The position numbers and the translations under genes are program-made. A stretch of 64,000 nucleotides of DNA, from assembly GCA_963740315.1 (NCBI GenBank), contig CAVUDP010000003.1, positions 384,001 to 448,000 of the forward strand, given 5' to 3'. Positions 61,501-64,000 of this stretch are shown in pieces (within the stretch, counting starts at the first letter, position 1; every line of letters starts with the position of its first letter). A model generated the notes under the pieces. The model was not told the origin of the DNA. It saw only the letters and a list, made by a program, of their open reading frames with translations, and did not search any database. Origin of the DNA: an uncultured cyanobacterium. GTDB taxonomy: Bacteria > Cyanobacteriota > Cyanobacteriia > Cyanobacteriales > Nostocaceae.

Positions 61501-62760
61501 CGAAAAAATAATTTTGACAAAGGCGATATTCAAACATTCACAGATAAATCGATCGAACTCTTCCTTTTTATTTCTATCGTTACAAACAAAGAAAAATTCT
61601 TCTAATTGGTCAAAAATCAATACAGTGATCAAATGATTATTAGCATTTTCTTTTAACTGTTCTAAAATGCCTGCAATTGTAATCGGTATTGATTGATAAG
61701 GCGGAGCATTTAATTCTTTGGTATAAGCGTATCGAGTCGGCGATTTATCTGCAAACATCGCTTCACCCAAAGACTTACCTAATTCCCGCACCCAATCGGT
61801 ATAAACTTGTAACACCACGGGTACTGCAATTTGGTCGCCGATCGCTCTATTTTGCAACGCTGGCACTAACCCAGCATTAACAATAGAACTTTTACCTACC
61901 CCCGACTCACCGTGAATCAAAGTTAACTTGCGATCGCTTCGACTAATTTTTCCAATCAATAAATTAATATCGCGCTCCCTACCCGAAGCAGTAATTTCCA
62001 AAGCAACATTTGTATTCTTCGCGGGTGAAACCAACACCGGATTTTTTGCTTGCCTTTGGGGTTGTAACCTCCCCGCACCAATAAAAGCACGCAACCCATA
62101 CTGTTGTTCTACCGAACGTCGTTTACCGCGAATGAAAAAAGCTTCCAAATATTTCCCCGACTCGTAATAAAGCGATCGCAACCGCCGCAAAAGCCGAATA
62201 TAGCGATGAACATCATAACGATAATCGCTATCTAAAGCTATTGATAACTTCTTACTTGCATTTTGCAAATGTTGTTGCGCTGCTTTTTCCGAATCCAAAT
62301 ATTGCAGCGCTTTCACCAAAACCAATTGATAAACTTGCTCTAACAATAATGGGAATAAAGCTTGATGTGTACGGTTAGTTTTTGCTTCTGCTAAATAAAA
62401 CAGCGATGCTTGAGCATATTGACTCGCTTGCTTCCACTTTGACTGTTGCAGCGCCACATCCGCCAAATAACCGCAATCACAAGCAAGTTGAGTGTAGCTA
62501 CCGTATTGTTGATGTAATACCAAAGACTTTTGAGCAACCAACTCTAACTCATTCCAATCCTCAAGCTGTTGTAAAACTTCGCTTAACTGCCCGATAAATT
62601 GCGCCACCAATACCGGACGTTTTGCTAATTTAAACACTTCCAAACATTGCTGAAAATAACTCACAGCAGATAGCCAATTACGATATTGTTCTCCGTGATT
62701 TCGCTCAGCCAAACGGTAAAAACATAAACCCAGGTAGAAGAGGATAACTCCTTGGTGGAG
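58519..62760 (-). CDS. TPR + STAND-type NTPase + WD40 repeat protein, 3' part of a frameshifted gene
   Basis: Walker A 'GESGVGKSS', Walker B 'LIFDQLEE', about 14 GH...WD-type repeats; frame is open upstream of 62712 (LHQGVILFYLGLCFYRLAERNH). Confidence 0.88.
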   Translation of the reverse strand, partial: LHQGVILFYLGLCFYRLAERNHGEQYRNWLSAVSYFQQCLEVFKLAKRPVLVAQFIGQLSEVLQQLEDWNELELVAQKSLVLHQQYGSYTQLACDCGYLADVALQQSKWKQASQYAQASLFYLAEAKTNRTHQALFPLLLEQVYQLVLVKALQYLDSEKAAQQHLQNASKKLSIALDSDYRYDVHRYIRLLRRLRSLYYESGKYLEAFFIRGKRRSVEQQYGLRAFIGAGRLQPQRQAKNPVLVSPAKNTNVALEITASGRERDINLLIGKISRSDRKLTLIHGESGVGKSSIVNAGLVPALQNRAIGDQIAVPVVLQVYTDWVRELGKSLGEAMFADKSPTRYAYTKELNAPPYQSIPITIAGILEQLKENANNHLITVLIFDQLEEFFFVCNDRNKKEEFDRFICECLNIAFVKIIFSLREDYLHHLLDLKRLAKQDSIGDNILDKEIRYQVNNLSSSDAKNVIQQLTERSEYSIEPALIDALVEDLSLELGEVRPIELQVVGAQLQDESITTLAKYEPYRTNKLIERYIKEIIKDCGSENEQAALLVLYLLTDENHKRPFKTKAELTSELAELETAEKLELVLEILVRSGLVVLFADVSERYQLIHDYLVDLIRFLQQEELSFQTQLRQLRNQVQQRETEITRLHSELRKKKQSKIIDNQPQQSDNLFTELKELRKREELSRMEIEGLLGELEQQKLQAQLAESKQLQKESEVKVNRSLKIALAGSITAILTLAASTVMSVYLWRQALLSEIRAISASAEELASSGKDFDALKQGLQAANKFQSTLLPDAYTKAQVMTALHQVVPQVREKETISGHLSGVNSVSFSPLNSLIASASADKTVKLWYPDGKYFRILSGHTDVVNSVTFSPDGTTVASASQDKTVKLWTVDGRVNLTLPGHKNVVNSVSFSPNGRVIASGSTDRTIKLWNRQGKLLKTLFGHNDAVLQVAFSPDGETLASASSDKTIKLWNKNGENTLTIEGHRDAITSIAWSNDSQIIASASLDNTVKLWSRQGKLLKLIPAHSEAVTAVNFSRDSQIIATVSTDKTVKLWRWKDAVLLGTLKGHKDWVNDVSFSPDGKTLASASRDKTVKLWSWQDLLLGNLKTHNKAVTSVSFSPNGNLIASGSTDKTIKLWTRNGTQIKTIQPSQEEIWDVSFSPDGKILASAGKDKTVKLWKDDGTLINKIPAHNNVVLSLSWSPNGNIFASASKDKTVKLWRRNGELITTLSGHQQAVNWVSFSHDGKLIASASDDNTVKIWDNSGKLLHTLTAHKRPVFGVSWSSKSNILASASLDGTVKLWNQNGELQQTLIAEGEEFTGVTFSPDGKLLAATSEDKVKLWQRDGTLLITLKADREEFTSISFNPDGKTLLSGTNRGTIIVRDLDNLTLKNLQIKGCDALQDYGQGDDDLCLEKR

Positions 62761-63761
62761 GAGGTGAGGGGAGGGGGGAGAGGGGGAAGAGGGGGAGATG
62801 GGGGGATGGGGGACAAGGAGACATTTAACTCTTCATCTGCTAACTGCTTACTGTTCACTGTTAACTGCTCACTGTTAACTGCTAACTGGTAACTGTTAAC
62901 TGCTAAGTGATAACTGCTTCTGAAATGATCGATCGCTTTTTCCATGCAGTCTTTAACGTATTCGTCTAAACCAAACACAAATTGTAAACTAGCGTTTAAT
63001 TCTGGAGTTAAGTTAATTCCACGGGTTTGTAAGTCTTTAATTGCGTGATGCAGTTCGTTTTTGTGCTGCCAAATTTGTTCTAAGGTACATTCGCAATATT
63101 CGGATAAGTCTTCTTTAATATTTCTTGGTTGCTGCGATTCTGTTATTAAACACTTGTTAGCACATCGGTTATTTTTGATGATTTGAGGTTCTTTTTCTCG
63201 TGAGAAAGCAATATTTAAAACTGTGGTAAATAATGAATCGGTTTCTTGCTGCAAAAATTGCTGCAATTGTACCGTTGTCATTTCAAATTTAATCGGTGTT
63301 GCAGCCCAATTGGCAAAATCTGGGGCTAATCGTCGCAGTTTTCGCAATACTTCTTCGTTTACCCACAGCACCATCGGAAAAGGATGTTTTTTACGAAATT
63401 CATCTCGCACGTGGTTGATGGTACTTAATAAGTCATCGAGTCCATTAACTGACTCTAAACCCAAAACCATTAATGCTATTTGATTATGATTTTGAATTTC
63501 TTGGTGGGTTTCAACTATTTTTGTATGAATTGTGGTGTATAAACTTGTTGCGTGAGCAGGTAAAGATACTTTTTGCAGCAAGTAGTTTTTACCTAAATTT
63601 TCTTGGAGTTGCCTTCTTATTCGCTGTTGTAAAACTTCATAATTACAGCACACCAACACGAGCGAGAATTCCCCGCTAGAAAGAGAAATCGCTCGCGTTA
63701 AACTTTTTAAAGCAGAAGCATTATTCTCGACTAAATCTGATTGTTGTGTTGTTCCAACCAC
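62661..63761 (-). CDS. 5' part of the same NTPase/WD40 gene
   Basis: 'LTRAISLSSGEFSLVLVCCNY', 'NHVRDEFRK..PFP.VLW', 'APDF..W'; ends in repeat-derived low-complexity sequence. Confidence 0.75.
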   Translation of the reverse strand: MVGTTQQSDLVENNASALKSLTRAISLSSGEFSLVLVCCNYEVLQQRIRRQLQENLGKNYLLQKVSLPAHATSLYTTIHTKIVETHQEIQNHNQIALMVLGLESVNGLDDLLSTINHVRDEFRKKHPFPMVLWVNEEVLRKLRRLAPDFANWAATPIKFEMTTVQLQQFLQQETDSLFTTVLNIAFSREKEPQIIKNNRCANKCLITESQQPRNIKEDLSEYCECTLEQIWQHKNELHHAIKDLQTRGINLTPELNASLQFVFGLDEYVKDCMEKAIDHFRSSYHLAVNSYQLAVNSEQLTVNSKQLADEELNVSLSPIPPSPPLPPLPPPLTSSTKELSSSTWVYVFTVWLSEITENNIVIGYLL

Positions 63762-64000
63762 GATCTAAACTTCCTGGTTTCTGCTAAAACTGGGTTGACT
63801 GCAAACCAAACTCCTTGATTGTCGCGGTACTCGAAAACAAATAAGCTTCGTAGCAAAGTATGATATTCGATATCGCCTCTAACTCGCTGCTGCTGTACTA
63901 CTTGGAAAATTAATTCCCATTCAGGGGTATCAATCGCGTTGGCTCGATAATCGCGATGTCTTTGAATTACTAACTCCACGCATTCTTTGTTAAAAGGTGG
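63731..64000 (-). CDS. C-terminus of a probable AAA-family ATPase (runs off window end)
   Basis: 'YHTLLRSLFVFEY....WF.VNPVL' tail overlapping the next gene's start; family inferred from this tail only. Confidence 0.6.
   Translation of the reverse strand, partial: PPFNKECVELVIQRHRDYRANAIDTPEWELIFQVVQQQRVRGDIEYHTLLRSLFVFEYRDNQGVWFAVNPVLAETRKFRSWLEQHNNQI

Noticed and set aside
61724..61752. Third in-gene mini-repeat insertion (gcgtatcgagtcggcgatttatc)
   Set aside because: It looks repeat-like, but I could not reconstruct a clean empty HIP1 site.

Overview
AT-rich DNA from a filamentous cyanobacterium, probably Nostocales (inferred from many HIP1 GCGATCGC octamers, STRR-type heptamer repeats and REP/SDR-like palindromes). 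Most of the window is ordinary genes: phoD, three Ser/Thr kinases, glgA, acs, a cellulose-synthase-like GT2, trhO, mazG, a lytic transglycosylase and a STAND-ATPase/WD40 gene. The standout is an 11.7-kb minus-strand cluster (39694-51352) just downstream of tRNA-Val(TAC). It has the four gene types of an Ssp-type DNA phosphorothioation (PT) module: DUF4007/SspB-like, large P-loop ATPase/SspC-like, PAPS reductase/SspD-like and cysteine desulfurase/SspA-like. I recognise no SspE, SspFGH, DndFGH or BREX pglZ/brxL. Instead, an overlapping HNH nuclease + MORC/GHKL ATPase + PLD nuclease trio (plus a PD-(D/E)XK gene) sits inside the cluster, a candidate new PT-linked defence module. Other points: a 736-bp-period RelE/HigB-type toxin-antitoxin array with mosaic constant/variable segments and a shared 1-nt insertion; a perfect 5x72-bp hairpin tandem repeat; in-frame 21/24-nt insertions into HIP1 sites inside genes; a phased A-AAA-AAG slippery site; a canonical NtcA promoter; and several split genes. 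All family calls come from motif recognition by eye; no searches were run.
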